This document shows, piece by piece, positions 28,808-38,097 of a stretch of 60,983 nt of DNA. The DNA lies in the sequence record SRR31156797_4417, one strand, 5' to 3'. The notes under the pieces were generated by a model, which was not told where the DNA came from, searched no databases, and saw only the letters and a list, made by a program, of their open reading frames with translations. Every line of letters begins with the position of its first letter. Position 1 is the first letter of the stretch. The position numbers were made by a program, and so were the translations under genes.

Positions 28808-29707
28808 ATGTCGAATACAATGTACGATGTTACCATTCTTGGCTCTGGCCCAGGTGGCTTGCAGGCTGCAATTCACGCTTCTCGCAAAAAAGCCAAAGTC
28901 CTTATGCTGGGCCGAATAGACAACAGCAGCCTGTATTGGGCGCATGTTGAAAACTATTGCTGTCAACTCAAGATATCCGGTGAGGAAATCCTTCGAACAG
29001 GACGCCAACAGGCAGAAAGTTTCGGTGCGCTATTCCGTGATGAAGACGTCCTTTCCATCAATCCGATAGACAATACTTACTCAATAGAACTGGAATCCGG
29101 TGACACCGTATTATCCAAGACTATCATTATTGCCACCGGTTCCAGCCGTAACAAACTCAAGGTCCCAGGTGAAAAAGAACTGCTTGGTAAAGGCGTCAGC
29201 TATTGCGTGGATTGTGATGCAGGTTTTTACAGGAATGAAGTTGTTGCTGTGACTGGATGCCGAAGTGCGGCGGCACATGGAGCCGTCACTTTAACTAATT
29301 TCGCAATTAAAGTTCATCTGTATTGTGAAAAACTCGATGTAGCCGATGGTTTGCGTGAGCAACTCGACGCAACTGGAGTCATTGTCCATGAAGGTGTTCA
29401 AATAAAGGAAATTCAAGGCGAAAACGCTGTACAGTCGATCCTGCTTGATGACGGATCCACACTGGAAGTCAGCGGAGTTTTTATTGAACTAGGCGCCAAG
29501 GGAGTCTTGGAACTCACCTCAATGCTCGGCGTACAACTTGATGAATCGATGAAATATATAGACGCTGACAAAAAACAACGCACCAACATTGCAGGCATCT
29601 ATGGTGCTGGAGATATCTGCGGCCCACCTCTTCAAATGGCAAAAGCCGTGGGTGAAGGCTGTGTGGCCGGAATAGAAGCCGCGAACTACGCAAAAAGTAT
29701 GTCGTAA
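28808..29707 (+). CDS. Thioredoxin reductase-like flavoprotein
   Basis: GSGPGG FAD motif, IIATG, GKGVSYCVDCD, GAGD; NADPH motif degenerate. Confidence 0.88.
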   Translation: MSNTMYDVTILGSGPGGLQAAIHASRKKAKVLMLGRIDNSSLYWAHVENYCCQLKISGEEILRTGRQQAESFGALFRDEDVLSINPIDNTYSIELESGDTVLSKTIIIATGSSRNKLKVPGEKELLGKGVSYCVDCDAGFYRNEVVAVTGCRSAAAHGAVTLTNFAIKVHLYCEKLDVADGLREQLDATGVIVHEGVQIKEIQGENAVQSILLDDGSTLEVSGVFIELGAKGVLELTSMLGVQLDESMKYIDADKKQRTNIAGIYGAGDICGPPLQMAKAVGEGCVAGIEAANYAKSMS

Positions 29708-29715
29708 AATAATAG

Positions 29716-29747
29716 AATCGGGTGCAGACTTCAATGCACCCGATTTT
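29716..29747. terminator. Intrinsic terminator between convergent genes
   Basis: AATCGGGTGCA / TGCACCCGATT stem. Confidence 0.7.
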
Positions 29748-29789
29748 CCCCTAAAAAAACAGACCGAAATTCGAACAAATTCACCCATT

Positions 29790-30419
29790 CTACATTGGGG
29801 GCAACACACAACAAATATGCCCACCAATAAAACCAGATAAACGTTTGCGTGCGTCCGGCTCGTCATTATTAAACTGGAGAACCGCATACCGTTCCCCACT
29901 CTTCATGAAGGCTTTAAGCACCGTGCACCCTATAGAATAGCTTTCTTCACTCGTATCAAAGGGGTGAAAGGAAAGCCGAACAGGCCTCCCCAGCTCTTCT
30001 GGAAAATCCGTCAACCCGCCATTCATATAACGTACTCTGGAGCAACTCGCCGACATATCTTCAACAACAGCTTGGGCAGCTTTGTCTCCTTCAACAACAA
30101 TGGCAGGATATGAACACGAACACCTTGGTTCTCCACGGTCCTCGGCATCAAAAACAGACTCAGGCCCCGTTAATTTTACAGTAGCTTCACAACCTCCGCT
30201 CACACAAAGAACTCGAGAAGAAAAACCAAGTAAATGGCCATCAAAGACATATCGAACAAGGGCGAAAGCATGGATTCTCACCCGTTTGACAACGCTGTCA
30301 GGAACAGTGACCTTAACCACAAGATCACCTTTGGTCGTCACATCAGACACCACGCCCAAAAAACGATCCTCAAAGGTGGAAAACTCCAAGATTACTCTAT
30401 CACCGGATGCGATATCCAT
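29790..30419 (-). CDS. PilZNR-PilZ (flagellar brake-like) protein
   Basis: N-domain VRYVFDGHLLGFSSRV; RxxxR (RGEPR) then DMSASC. Confidence 0.75.
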   Translation of the reverse strand: MDIASGDRVILEFSTFEDRFLGVVSDVTTKGDLVVKVTVPDSVVKRVRIHAFALVRYVFDGHLLGFSSRVLCVSGGCEATVKLTGPESVFDAEDRGEPRCSCSYPAIVVEGDKAAQAVVEDMSASCSRVRYMNGGLTDFPEELGRPVRLSFHPFDTSEESYSIGCTVLKAFMKSGERYAVLQFNNDEPDARKRLSGFIGGHICCVLPPM

Positions 30420-30489
30420 TGTGTCCATCCTTTCACACATTCAAAAATATTTCATGGCAATCTTGCAAGCAATTATATATATTAAATCC

Positions 30490-30777
30490 ATGCTCAAAAA
30501 CATGGGAATTCTTGCGTGGATCGGTTGCCTGATTACTCTTGCCTACCAAAGTGTGTCTTGGACTATTTCTGCGGTTTGGCCATCTGTAACACTTCTTGAT
30601 GTCCTCCGTTCCTTCTTCGGCCTTGATCTACTAAGCTTTGTCACCAACCTGCCTCTAGATATGGCCGCCAAAGCGGTCTACATATGCTTTACCACACAGC
30701 TGACCCTTTTCTTCTGGTGGATGGGAGTCGCACTGTTCGTGACTCAACTCCTCACGCAAATCTTCATCAGAAAATAG
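30490..30777 (+). CDS. Small integral membrane protein
   Basis: 95 aa hydrophobic C-terminal part of track ORF 30082..30777 (MLKNMGILAW...); the upstream part is antisense to the PilZ gene. Confidence 0.65.
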   Translation: MLKNMGILAWIGCLITLAYQSVSWTISAVWPSVTLLDVLRSFFGLDLLSFVTNLPLDMAAKAVYICFTTQLTLFFWWMGVALFVTQLLTQIFIRK

Positions 30778-30905
30778 CGCGCACGGCACTGGAAACGCCC
30801 TTCCGAAATCATTTCTTAGGCCATACCATTTAATTATGGAGTGGACTTTTCACACCCTTTTCAGCTATGAAATAGTATTACGCCTAAAATCCAGAGGTTT
30901 ATGCA

Positions 30906-31643
30906 TTGCAGAAACGGTATTTTCCCATCGCCATCGTGACAGGTGTCCTCTTTCTGATTGCCATCGGAGGCTACATAATTCCGGCTAGTTCCGAAGGTCC
31001 TCCTATACGCGCCCTGCTCGACAACAAGGGTGGAAAAGTTATTCTCAACCACTCAAGTCATATACAAACCATGCAGGAAGACTGTGGAGTGTGCCATCAC
31101 ACGACTGGCGGCGATCAAAATCCTCCGGCATGTGCTGATTGTCATGCCAAAAAATTTGATGAAGCCTTTGCCGCTAACCATCAAAAAGCATTAAACGACA
31201 CATTATGTATTTCTTGTCATCATCCCCATGCCAGCATCGACAATTTCTCCCATGACGACCACGCTGACGACTACTCGGAAGGAGATTGTCAATCCTGTCA
31301 CCATGATCCGTCCATTGAATCAGAACCTCAAGCCTGCTCGAACTGTCACATGGATGGCAGTAACAGTGTGCTCACCCTCAAAGAAGCCACACACACCAGA
31401 TGCGCAGATTGCCACGACGACATGTATAAAGACGGCATCAAAGGATGTTCCAATTGTCACACTCGGTCCACAGATATGATGAAACCGGAACAACAGAGGT
31501 GTGAAAGCTGTCATGAAACACCTGTCGACCAGCTTATTCCAACCACAATGAACGCATTTCACACTCAATGCATGGGGTGTCACGAAGACAATGGCACAGG
31601 ACCGTTCGGCGACGAAGCTTGTTACCAATGCCATATGAAATAG
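30906..31643 (+). CDS. dhcA: Membrane-anchored decaheme cytochrome c (class III)
   Basis: N-terminal TM/signal; ten CxxCH motifs counted; first gene of the rnf operon. Confidence 0.9.
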   Translation: MQKRYFPIAIVTGVLFLIAIGGYIIPASSEGPPIRALLDNKGGKVILNHSSHIQTMQEDCGVCHHTTGGDQNPPACADCHAKKFDEAFAANHQKALNDTLCISCHHPHASIDNFSHDDHADDYSEGDCQSCHHDPSIESEPQACSNCHMDGSNSVLTLKEATHTRCADCHDDMYKDGIKGCSNCHTRSTDMMKPEQQRCESCHETPVDQLIPTTMNAFHTQCMGCHEDNGTGPFGDEACYQCHMK

Positions 31644-31657
31644 GGGATCACTACCAT

Positions 31658-32866
31658 ATGACCAAATTCAACTTCAGCCTCAAATCCGGCGACACAGGTC
31701 CCCTTATCAAGGCATCCAGCCCAGACATGCTGCAGATCCCCATAGATGGCATGACCTCTGTCATGGCAGTTGGAGATCAGGTGCTGGGAGGGACAAAAAT
31801 AGCCATTGCCAATGCTGACGACGAAGGCGATATGCACTCGCCCCTAGCCGGGGTCATTCGAGAAATTCAACCCTACGCCATGCTTATTGAAGTTCGAGGA
31901 AATGAACGAATTAAATCACATGAACCATGTGTTGATAGTGGGGACCAACTCCGTTCCTGGCTCAAGGACAAAGGGGTCTGCACTCGCCACCTCATCAAAG
32001 CCGCGACACTCATCATCAACGCAGTTCCACCGGAGCCGGGTATATCAATATATGACCCACTACTCCGCGATTACCGAAAGACATTGGAACTCGGTCTTGA
32101 AACTGTTCAGAAAATAGTTGAACCGAACAAAATGTTTCTCGTGGCAGCCAAAGGCAATCGGGCCAATGCGTTTGCCAACTGTACGGTCATGCACGTCGCT
32201 CCCATTTATCCCAACGGACTTGATCCGCTGATCATCAAGACTGTTACAGGACAAGAGGTGCTGCCGGGCATGCTCCCGGATAATGGCACCATTCTATCTG
32301 TGAAAGACCTTTACTTCATAGGTCGTGTCATGGAGACAGGTCGTCCGGTTACGGAAACTGTCATGACCATCAATGGGAATAACCATCTTGTCGCTGTGGG
32401 AACACCTGTCGGCTTTCTCGCTGCCAAAGCCGACATTACCGTGCACCCCGGTGACAGGGTAGTCATTGGTGGCCCACTCCGAGGACTGGCCGCTGTCAAT
32501 CTTGAACAGGGAGTGGATAAAGATGCTTCAGGACTTCATATCCTCCGCCAGAGCGAAGGAATGAAAGCCACCGACAATTTCTGTTTGGGATGTGGTGAAT
32601 GCGAACGCCATTGCCCTGCCCGAATCATGCCCGGTCTCATCAGCCGGTGTGCCGAATTCAAACAGTTCAAACGAGCTGAAGCATACCACATTCATTCCTG
32701 CATGGAATGTGGCCTATGCGGTTACTGGTGCACGGCAGGACGCCCTCTACTACAATACATCCGACTGGCAAAATATGAATTAGCCCTGCTGGCGGGAGCC
32801 GTACAACCTCCTCGCCCTACACCTGAAGAAATCCAAAAGGGACAATCAGGAGACGAGCCATGCTAA
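31658..32866 (+). CDS. rnfC: Rnf complex subunit C (non-canonical)
   Basis: HSPLAG, VGTPV, GGPLRG and two 4Fe-4S motifs (CLGCGECERHCP, CMECGLCGYWC). Confidence 0.9.
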   Translation: MTKFNFSLKSGDTGPLIKASSPDMLQIPIDGMTSVMAVGDQVLGGTKIAIANADDEGDMHSPLAGVIREIQPYAMLIEVRGNERIKSHEPCVDSGDQLRSWLKDKGVCTRHLIKAATLIINAVPPEPGISIYDPLLRDYRKTLELGLETVQKIVEPNKMFLVAAKGNRANAFANCTVMHVAPIYPNGLDPLIIKTVTGQEVLPGMLPDNGTILSVKDLYFIGRVMETGRPVTETVMTINGNNHLVAVGTPVGFLAAKADITVHPGDRVVIGGPLRGLAAVNLEQGVDKDASGLHILRQSEGMKATDNFCLGCGECERHCPARIMPGLISRCAEFKQFKRAEAYHIHSCMECGLCGYWCTAGRPLLQYIRLAKYELALLAGAVQPPRPTPEEIQKGQSGDEPC

Positions 32867-33840
32867 AACAACTCCAACCTATCTTGACAGTATCGGCCCC
32901 TCCTCATGTTCATTGCGGCAGAACCATCAAGCGATACATGCTCGAAACAGTGCTTGCGTTGTTACCTGCGGCAGTCATGGCTGTCATAATCTTCGGCATG
33001 GATGCTCTCAGGGTTATGGCGTTATCCTGCTCTGTGGCAGTCGCAACGGAATGCATCTGCAATAGAATTATGAAACGGGAACAATCAGTGGACGACCTCA
33101 GCGGTTTGCTGACAGGTCTCCTCTTTGCATTTCTGCTTCCTGCCTCAGCACCATGGTGGTTGGTCTTCATCGGTTCGGCTTCAGGCATCATCCTTGGCAA
33201 AATGATCTTCGGAGGACTCGGAGGCAACCCGCTGAGTGCCCCCCTTGTAGGATGGGCATTATGCCGCATCTCATGGGCAGACTTCATGGACACCAACGCG
33301 ACCATGTTGAATTCGATACTTCCAGCACCGCTCCAACAACTCAAACATTTTGGTTTGGAATCAATCCAATCAATCGATTTGAGCTCGTTACTTCTCGGAC
33401 AACAACTTGGTGGACTGGGTGAAGTTCATATCGCAGCCCTGCTCGCTGGCGGTATTTTCCTGCTCGCACGTCGCCACATCCGCTGGTACATTCCAACAGG
33501 ATTCATCATTGGCTTGCTGGCAACGGCTTGGATTTATCAAATCATCGACCCGACCATGTATGCATCACCTATTTTCCATCTGCTTGCGGGTGGCTCAATT
33601 TTTGGAGCATTCTTTCTTGCAACAGATGCAGCATCGACTCCCGTGGGGGTGGTTCCGTCCCTGCTTTTCGGTCTTATCGCTGGTGCAATGGTCATCGTCA
33701 TCCGTGTATATGGCATTTATCCAGACGGAGTTCCCTTTGCTATCCTATTAGCCAATCTGTTCACTCCACTGCTTGACCGCATACGCCCCAAACCATTCGG
33801 CGGCTCATACTCTTTTGAAGACACGGAGGACGCAGCATGA
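32860..33840 (+). CDS. rnfD: Rnf complex subunit D
   Basis: PHVH, FGGLGGNP, GGLGE, FFLATD, GIYPDGVPFAILLAN. Confidence 0.95.
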   Translation: MLKQLQPILTVSAPPHVHCGRTIKRYMLETVLALLPAAVMAVIIFGMDALRVMALSCSVAVATECICNRIMKREQSVDDLSGLLTGLLFAFLLPASAPWWLVFIGSASGIILGKMIFGGLGGNPLSAPLVGWALCRISWADFMDTNATMLNSILPAPLQQLKHFGLESIQSIDLSSLLLGQQLGGLGEVHIAALLAGGIFLLARRHIRWYIPTGFIIGLLATAWIYQIIDPTMYASPIFHLLAGGSIFGAFFLATDAASTPVGVVPSLLFGLIAGAMVIVIRVYGIYPDGVPFAILLANLFTPLLDRIRPKPFGGSYSFEDTEDAA

Positions 33841-34415
33841 AAGAGATGATCAAGATGATTCTTGTGCTGTCACTTATTTGCGGCCTCTCCGGCCTGACGT
33901 TGGCAACCGTCCGGCAGGCTACCAGCCAACGCATTGAAGAACAGGTCATGACATATGTTCAAGGCCCTGCTCTGGCACAAATATTCACAGATTATGACAA
34001 TAATCCGGTCAAAGATCGCAAAGTCTTTAATTTTCCCGATGGTTCCATCACCGTTTTTCCAGCCATAAAAAACGGCACCTTGACCGGAATAGCTCTTGAA
34101 ACTTTCGGCAAAGGCTACGGCGGTGATATCGGCGTCATGGTCGGATTCAATCTCGACGGCACTATGCTGAAAGGTATAGGCATCACTACTCTCAAAGAAA
34201 CACCCGGTCTTGGCGCACGCGTGGTCGAACCAGACTACCGCGACCAATTCAAGGGGCATACCACGACATCCCTCGCCTTGAAAAAACAGGGAGGCGATAT
34301 CGCAGCCATCTCCGGCGCGACTATTTCGTCAACTGGCACAGTGGCTGCTGTCAACGACGCAATACAGATATTCACCAAAATCAAAGACAAACTCCCCACA
34401 GCTTGGGAATCGTAG
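33837..34415 (+). CDS. rnfG: Rnf complex subunit G
   Basis: TM anchor, KGYGG, ETPGLG, covalent FMN motif ISGATISS. Confidence 0.96.
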   Translation: MKEMIKMILVLSLICGLSGLTLATVRQATSQRIEEQVMTYVQGPALAQIFTDYDNNPVKDRKVFNFPDGSITVFPAIKNGTLTGIALETFGKGYGGDIGVMVGFNLDGTMLKGIGITTLKETPGLGARVVEPDYRDQFKGHTTTSLALKKQGGDIAAISGATISSTGTVAAVNDAIQIFTKIKDKLPTAWES

Positions 34416-34424
34416 GATATTGTC

Positions 34425-35099
34425 ATGAGCATGTGGAAAGAATTCTCCAAAGGCCTGTGGCGCGATCTGCCCCCTTTCAAGCTGGTACTTGGCCTCTGTC
34501 CGGTGCTGGCTGTGACCAAAACAGCATACAACGGCTTCGGCATGGGAATGGCCGTCATATTTGTCCTTGCCCTGTCCAACCTGTTCGTCTCGTTGCTCCG
34601 CAAAGTCATTCCAGCCAAAGTACGCATCGCCTGCTTCATCGTGGTGGCAGCATCGCTGGTTGTCTGCGTGGAATTGCTCATGCAGGCATATGCTTACCCA
34701 TTATATCTACAACTCGGCATCTTCGTCCCTCTCATCGTTGTCAACTGCATCATTCTGGGACGAGCCGAAGCATTCGCTTCCAAAAACCCAGTCCATCTGG
34801 CTGTTGCTGATGGTCTTGGCATGGGCGTAGGATTCACTCTCTCACTGACTTTCCTTGGCTCCATCCGTGAACTCTTCGGGTACGGTACATGGTTCGGCCT
34901 GCATATCATGGGGGACTGGTTTGAACCGTTCACCTTCATGGTCGAGGCCCCCGGCGCCTTCGTCTGTCTCGGACTCGTATTAGCTGGCATGAATGCACTG
35001 ACCAACTGGCAACGCAAGACCAAAGGACTGGAAGCCATCGAAGGACCAGTCCACGACTGTAAGACCTGCGGCATGTGTTCAACGAAACCGGGAATGTAA
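34425..35099 (+). CDS. rnfE: Rnf complex subunit E
   Basis: LGLCPVLAVT, PLIVVNCIILGRAEAFA, APGAF. Confidence 0.96.
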   Translation: MSMWKEFSKGLWRDLPPFKLVLGLCPVLAVTKTAYNGFGMGMAVIFVLALSNLFVSLLRKVIPAKVRIACFIVVAASLVVCVELLMQAYAYPLYLQLGIFVPLIVVNCIILGRAEAFASKNPVHLAVADGLGMGVGFTLSLTFLGSIRELFGYGTWFGLHIMGDWFEPFTFMVEAPGAFVCLGLVLAGMNALTNWQRKTKGLEAIEGPVHDCKTCGMCSTKPGM

Positions 35100-35108
35100 G
35101 GAGAAACC

Positions 35109-35684
35109 ATGGACTACTTCGTACTCATTATCGCCGCCATATTCGTCAACAACATCGTGTTGGCGCAGTATCTGGGTAACTGCCCGTTCATTGGCACATC
35201 CAAAGAATCAAGTGTAGCTATCGGCATGGGACTGGCCGTCGTCTTCGTGGCCGCCATGGCCGCATGTATCACATGGTGTGTCCAAAAATTCATGCTCACA
35301 CCTAATGATCTGGGATATCTTCAAACCATCGCCTTTATTCTTGTTATCGCTGCACTGGTTCAATTCGTAGAAATGTTCCTGAAAAAAGCAATACCACCAC
35401 TCTATAAATCACTTGGTATCTTCCTGCCGCTCATCACCACCAACTGCGCAGTGCTCGGTATCGCTATCATCTGTCAACGTGAAGAATATTCTTTCGTTGA
35501 AACCCTGATATTCTCAATAGCATCAGGCTTCGGTTTCATGCTTGCACTCGTCGTGCTGGCTGGTATTCGTGAACGTCTCGACCTTGCACGTGTCCCGGTA
35601 GCGATGAAAGGCACCCCGCTTGGTTTGATTATGGCCGGCCTCATGTCTTTGGCATTCTTTGCCTTCAAGGGCATGGCTTCATAG
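35109..35684 (+). CDS. rnfA: Rnf complex subunit A
   Basis: VNNIVL..YLGNCPF, LVQFVEM, LPLITTNCAVLG, GIRERL. Confidence 0.96.
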   Translation: MDYFVLIIAAIFVNNIVLAQYLGNCPFIGTSKESSVAIGMGLAVVFVAAMAACITWCVQKFMLTPNDLGYLQTIAFILVIAALVQFVEMFLKKAIPPLYKSLGIFLPLITTNCAVLGIAIICQREEYSFVETLIFSIASGFGFMLALVVLAGIRERLDLARVPVAMKGTPLGLIMAGLMSLAFFAFKGMAS

Positions 35685-35696
35685 GAGTATTGAAAT

Positions 35697-37799
35697 ATGA
35701 TCACAGCTTCCGTACTCGTCCTTCTCGGTATCGGCTTTACTGCCGCTGTCATTCTGGCCGTGGCCTCCAAGGTACTCTATGTTTATGAAGACCCACGCAT
35801 CGCTCAAGTTGAATCAGTCCTTGCTGGTGCCAATTGTGGCGGTTGCGGATATCCCGGTTGTGCCGGAGCCGCTCAAGGCGTTGTCGAAGGCAAAGCCGGT
35901 GCCACTGTCTGTGTCATTGGTGGCGATGAAGTAGCTGCGAACGTTGCCGCTATTATGGGGCTTGAATTCTCCTCCATGGAAAAACAAATAGCCTTTGTGG
36001 ACTGTACTGGCGGCACTCGCGCCGAAGATGTGTACATATACGAAGGGGCCAAAGACTGTCGCGCACAGCATCTACTCTACAGCGGCTCAAAGATGTGTCC
36101 TGAAGGATGTCTTGGTTACGGCACCTGTGTAACAGCCTGTCAATTTGGCGCTATCGAAATGGGGCCCAATGGTTATCCGGTCGTTGATCCGAACCTCTGC
36201 ACCGCCTGCGGTGGTTGCGAACAGGTCTGCCCGCGCGGTGTCATAACAATATGGGGTATGACTGCGCGCATCATGCACCTCAACGAAACTACGGATTGCC
36301 TGGCTCCTTGTCGCCAACGTTGCCCCGGCCAAATCAACATCCCACGCTATATTGAACAGGTGTCACGCGGCGACTATGCTGGTGCTTTGGAAACCATCCG
36401 TGAGCGCATTCCCATGCCGCTCTCAATCGGACGAGTCTGTCCTCATCCCTGCGAAGGCGTCTGTCGTCGTGGTCATGTGGATGAGCCTGTGGGCATCAAC
36501 ATGATAAAAAGATTTGCCGCAGACTGGGAAATGAACTCAGGGCAACGGCTACCTATTTCCTGTGCACCTGATACTGGCCGCAAAATAGCTGTAGTAGGCG
36601 GCGGTCCAGCCGGACTGTCCTGTGCCTTTTTCCTACGCCGTCTTGGACACAGTCCGACCATTTTTGAATCCATGCCAGCCCTTGGTGGACAGCTTCGTTA
36701 CGGCATCCCGGAATACCGATTGCCAAAGGATGTTCTTGATTGGGAGATACAGGGTATCATCGACCTCGGCATTGACGTTGAATACGAAAAATTTTTCGGT
36801 ACAGACTTTACGCTGAACTCATTAAAAGAAGACGGCTACGAAGCAGTCTTTCTCGGAATTGGCGCATGGATGAACATGAACCTGCGCATTGAAAACGAGG
36901 AAGCCAAAGGAGTTGAAACCGGCACAGAATTCTTAACCAAGGTCGGCCTTGGAATTGAAACTGGTGTCGGCAAAAAGGTCGTGGTCATCGGCGGCGGCAA
37001 CACAGCCATCGACGCAGCCCGGACCGGTGTCCGACTCGGTGCGGACGTGACTCTTATGTACCGACGCACTCGAGATGAAATGCCAGCCAACATCGAAGAA
37101 ATCATCGGTGCAGAAGAAGAAAACGTTAAATATCTCTTCCTGGCTGCCCCCACACGCATTGTTACCGACGACTCCGATCACGTCACTCATGTTGAATATA
37201 TTGAAATGGAATTGGGAGAGCCGGACGACTCAGGTAGACGTCGTCCAATTCCCATAGAAGGATCTGAAACGCTCATTGAAGCCGATACCGTGTATACAGC
37301 CATCGGCCAAAAGCCAGAACTCTCCTGCCTGTACGAAAATGGGACCTGTGACCTTGAAGAAACACGTTGGCGCACATTAGGCGCTGATTCAGACACTCTC
37401 CAGACAGCTCTCCCCCATGTCTTCACCGGCGGAGACATGCATACCGGCCCCGCGCTTGTGATCACAGCGCTTGGCGAAGGCAGAAAAGCGGCTCGCTCAA
37501 TCCACCAGTATCTCAATGAAGGCGCTCCGCATATCTCGATCAACACCCAGCGTGAAATGATCGACTACACCATGTTCACCAACGTCCCTGATGTTGGTCT
37601 GCGCGACCGCTCAAAAATGCCAAACCTCATTGAATGTGATGAACGAACCTGCACCTTCAAAGAAATTGAAGGAGCAATAAGTGAAGCCGAAGCAAAACAT
37701 GAAACCTGTCGCTGCTTACGCTGTGGCTTGACCTGTTACAACCGAGATCTCGTCGATGGACAGGAATGCATTGCTGAAGAGTGTGTGAAAAATCCGTAA
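35697..37799 (+). CDS. rnfB: RnfB fused to a GltD/NfnB-like FAD/NAD(P) oxidoreductase
   Basis: LAGANCGGCGYPGC, ferredoxin motifs, then APC...CP, GRVCPHPCE, GGGPAG, YGIPEYRL, GGGNTA, YRR. Confidence 0.92.
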   Translation: MITASVLVLLGIGFTAAVILAVASKVLYVYEDPRIAQVESVLAGANCGGCGYPGCAGAAQGVVEGKAGATVCVIGGDEVAANVAAIMGLEFSSMEKQIAFVDCTGGTRAEDVYIYEGAKDCRAQHLLYSGSKMCPEGCLGYGTCVTACQFGAIEMGPNGYPVVDPNLCTACGGCEQVCPRGVITIWGMTARIMHLNETTDCLAPCRQRCPGQINIPRYIEQVSRGDYAGALETIRERIPMPLSIGRVCPHPCEGVCRRGHVDEPVGINMIKRFAADWEMNSGQRLPISCAPDTGRKIAVVGGGPAGLSCAFFLRRLGHSPTIFESMPALGGQLRYGIPEYRLPKDVLDWEIQGIIDLGIDVEYEKFFGTDFTLNSLKEDGYEAVFLGIGAWMNMNLRIENEEAKGVETGTEFLTKVGLGIETGVGKKVVVIGGGNTAIDAARTGVRLGADVTLMYRRTRDEMPANIEEIIGAEEENVKYLFLAAPTRIVTDDSDHVTHVEYIEMELGEPDDSGRRRPIPIEGSETLIEADTVYTAIGQKPELSCLYENGTCDLEETRWRTLGADSDTLQTALPHVFTGGDMHTGPALVITALGEGRKAARSIHQYLNEGAPHISINTQREMIDYTMFTNVPDVGLRDRSKMPNLIECDERTCTFKEIEGAISEAEAKHETCRCLRCGLTCYNRDLVDGQECIAEECVKNP

Positions 37800-37806
37800 A
37801 AAACAG

Positions 37807-37835
37807 TTGCAAACTAAAAACGTTACAGATATACA
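37807..37835 (+). promoter_or_regulatory. Putative sigma70 promoter of the tRNA
   Basis: TTGCAA-N17-TATACA about 37 bp before the tRNA. Confidence 0.5.
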
Positions 37836-37872
37836 TTTTCTCCCTTGAGACGAAAGTCACAGGGCAAAAAAA

Positions 37873-37949
37873 GGGCGATTAACTCAGCTGGTCAGAGTGC
37901 CATCCTCACACGGTGGAAGTCACAGGTTCAAATCCCGTATCGCCCACCA
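37873..37949 (+). tRNA. tRNA-Val (anticodon CAC)
   Basis: Cloverleaf: acceptor GGGCGAT/ATCGCCC, D stem ACTC/GAGT, anticodon arm CCATC-CTCACAC-GGTGG, TTCAAAT loop, encoded CCA. Confidence 0.95.
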
Positions 37950-37963
37950 CTTTGTTTCAAACC

Positions 37964-37999
37964 AAACGGGTGCTTAGAAATTCTAAGCGCCCGTTTTTT
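37964..37999 (+). terminator. Intrinsic terminator after the tRNA
   Basis: AAACGGGTGCTTAGAA / TTCTAAGCGCCCGTTT followed by a T run. Confidence 0.85.
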
Positions 38000-38097
38000 G
38001 TTGCACAATAGTTACCGCCCACTATATAATCATTTTCTTGAAACGAACTCCTTCAACCAAGACAGACTTCACTCAATCCGAAAGGTATATATCATCC

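Noticed and set aside
30838-30856. Rex operator upstream of dhcA-rnf (GTGGACTTTTCACA)
   Set aside because: Only the TTCACA half matches and spacing is one base short of TTGTGAA-N4-TTCACAA.
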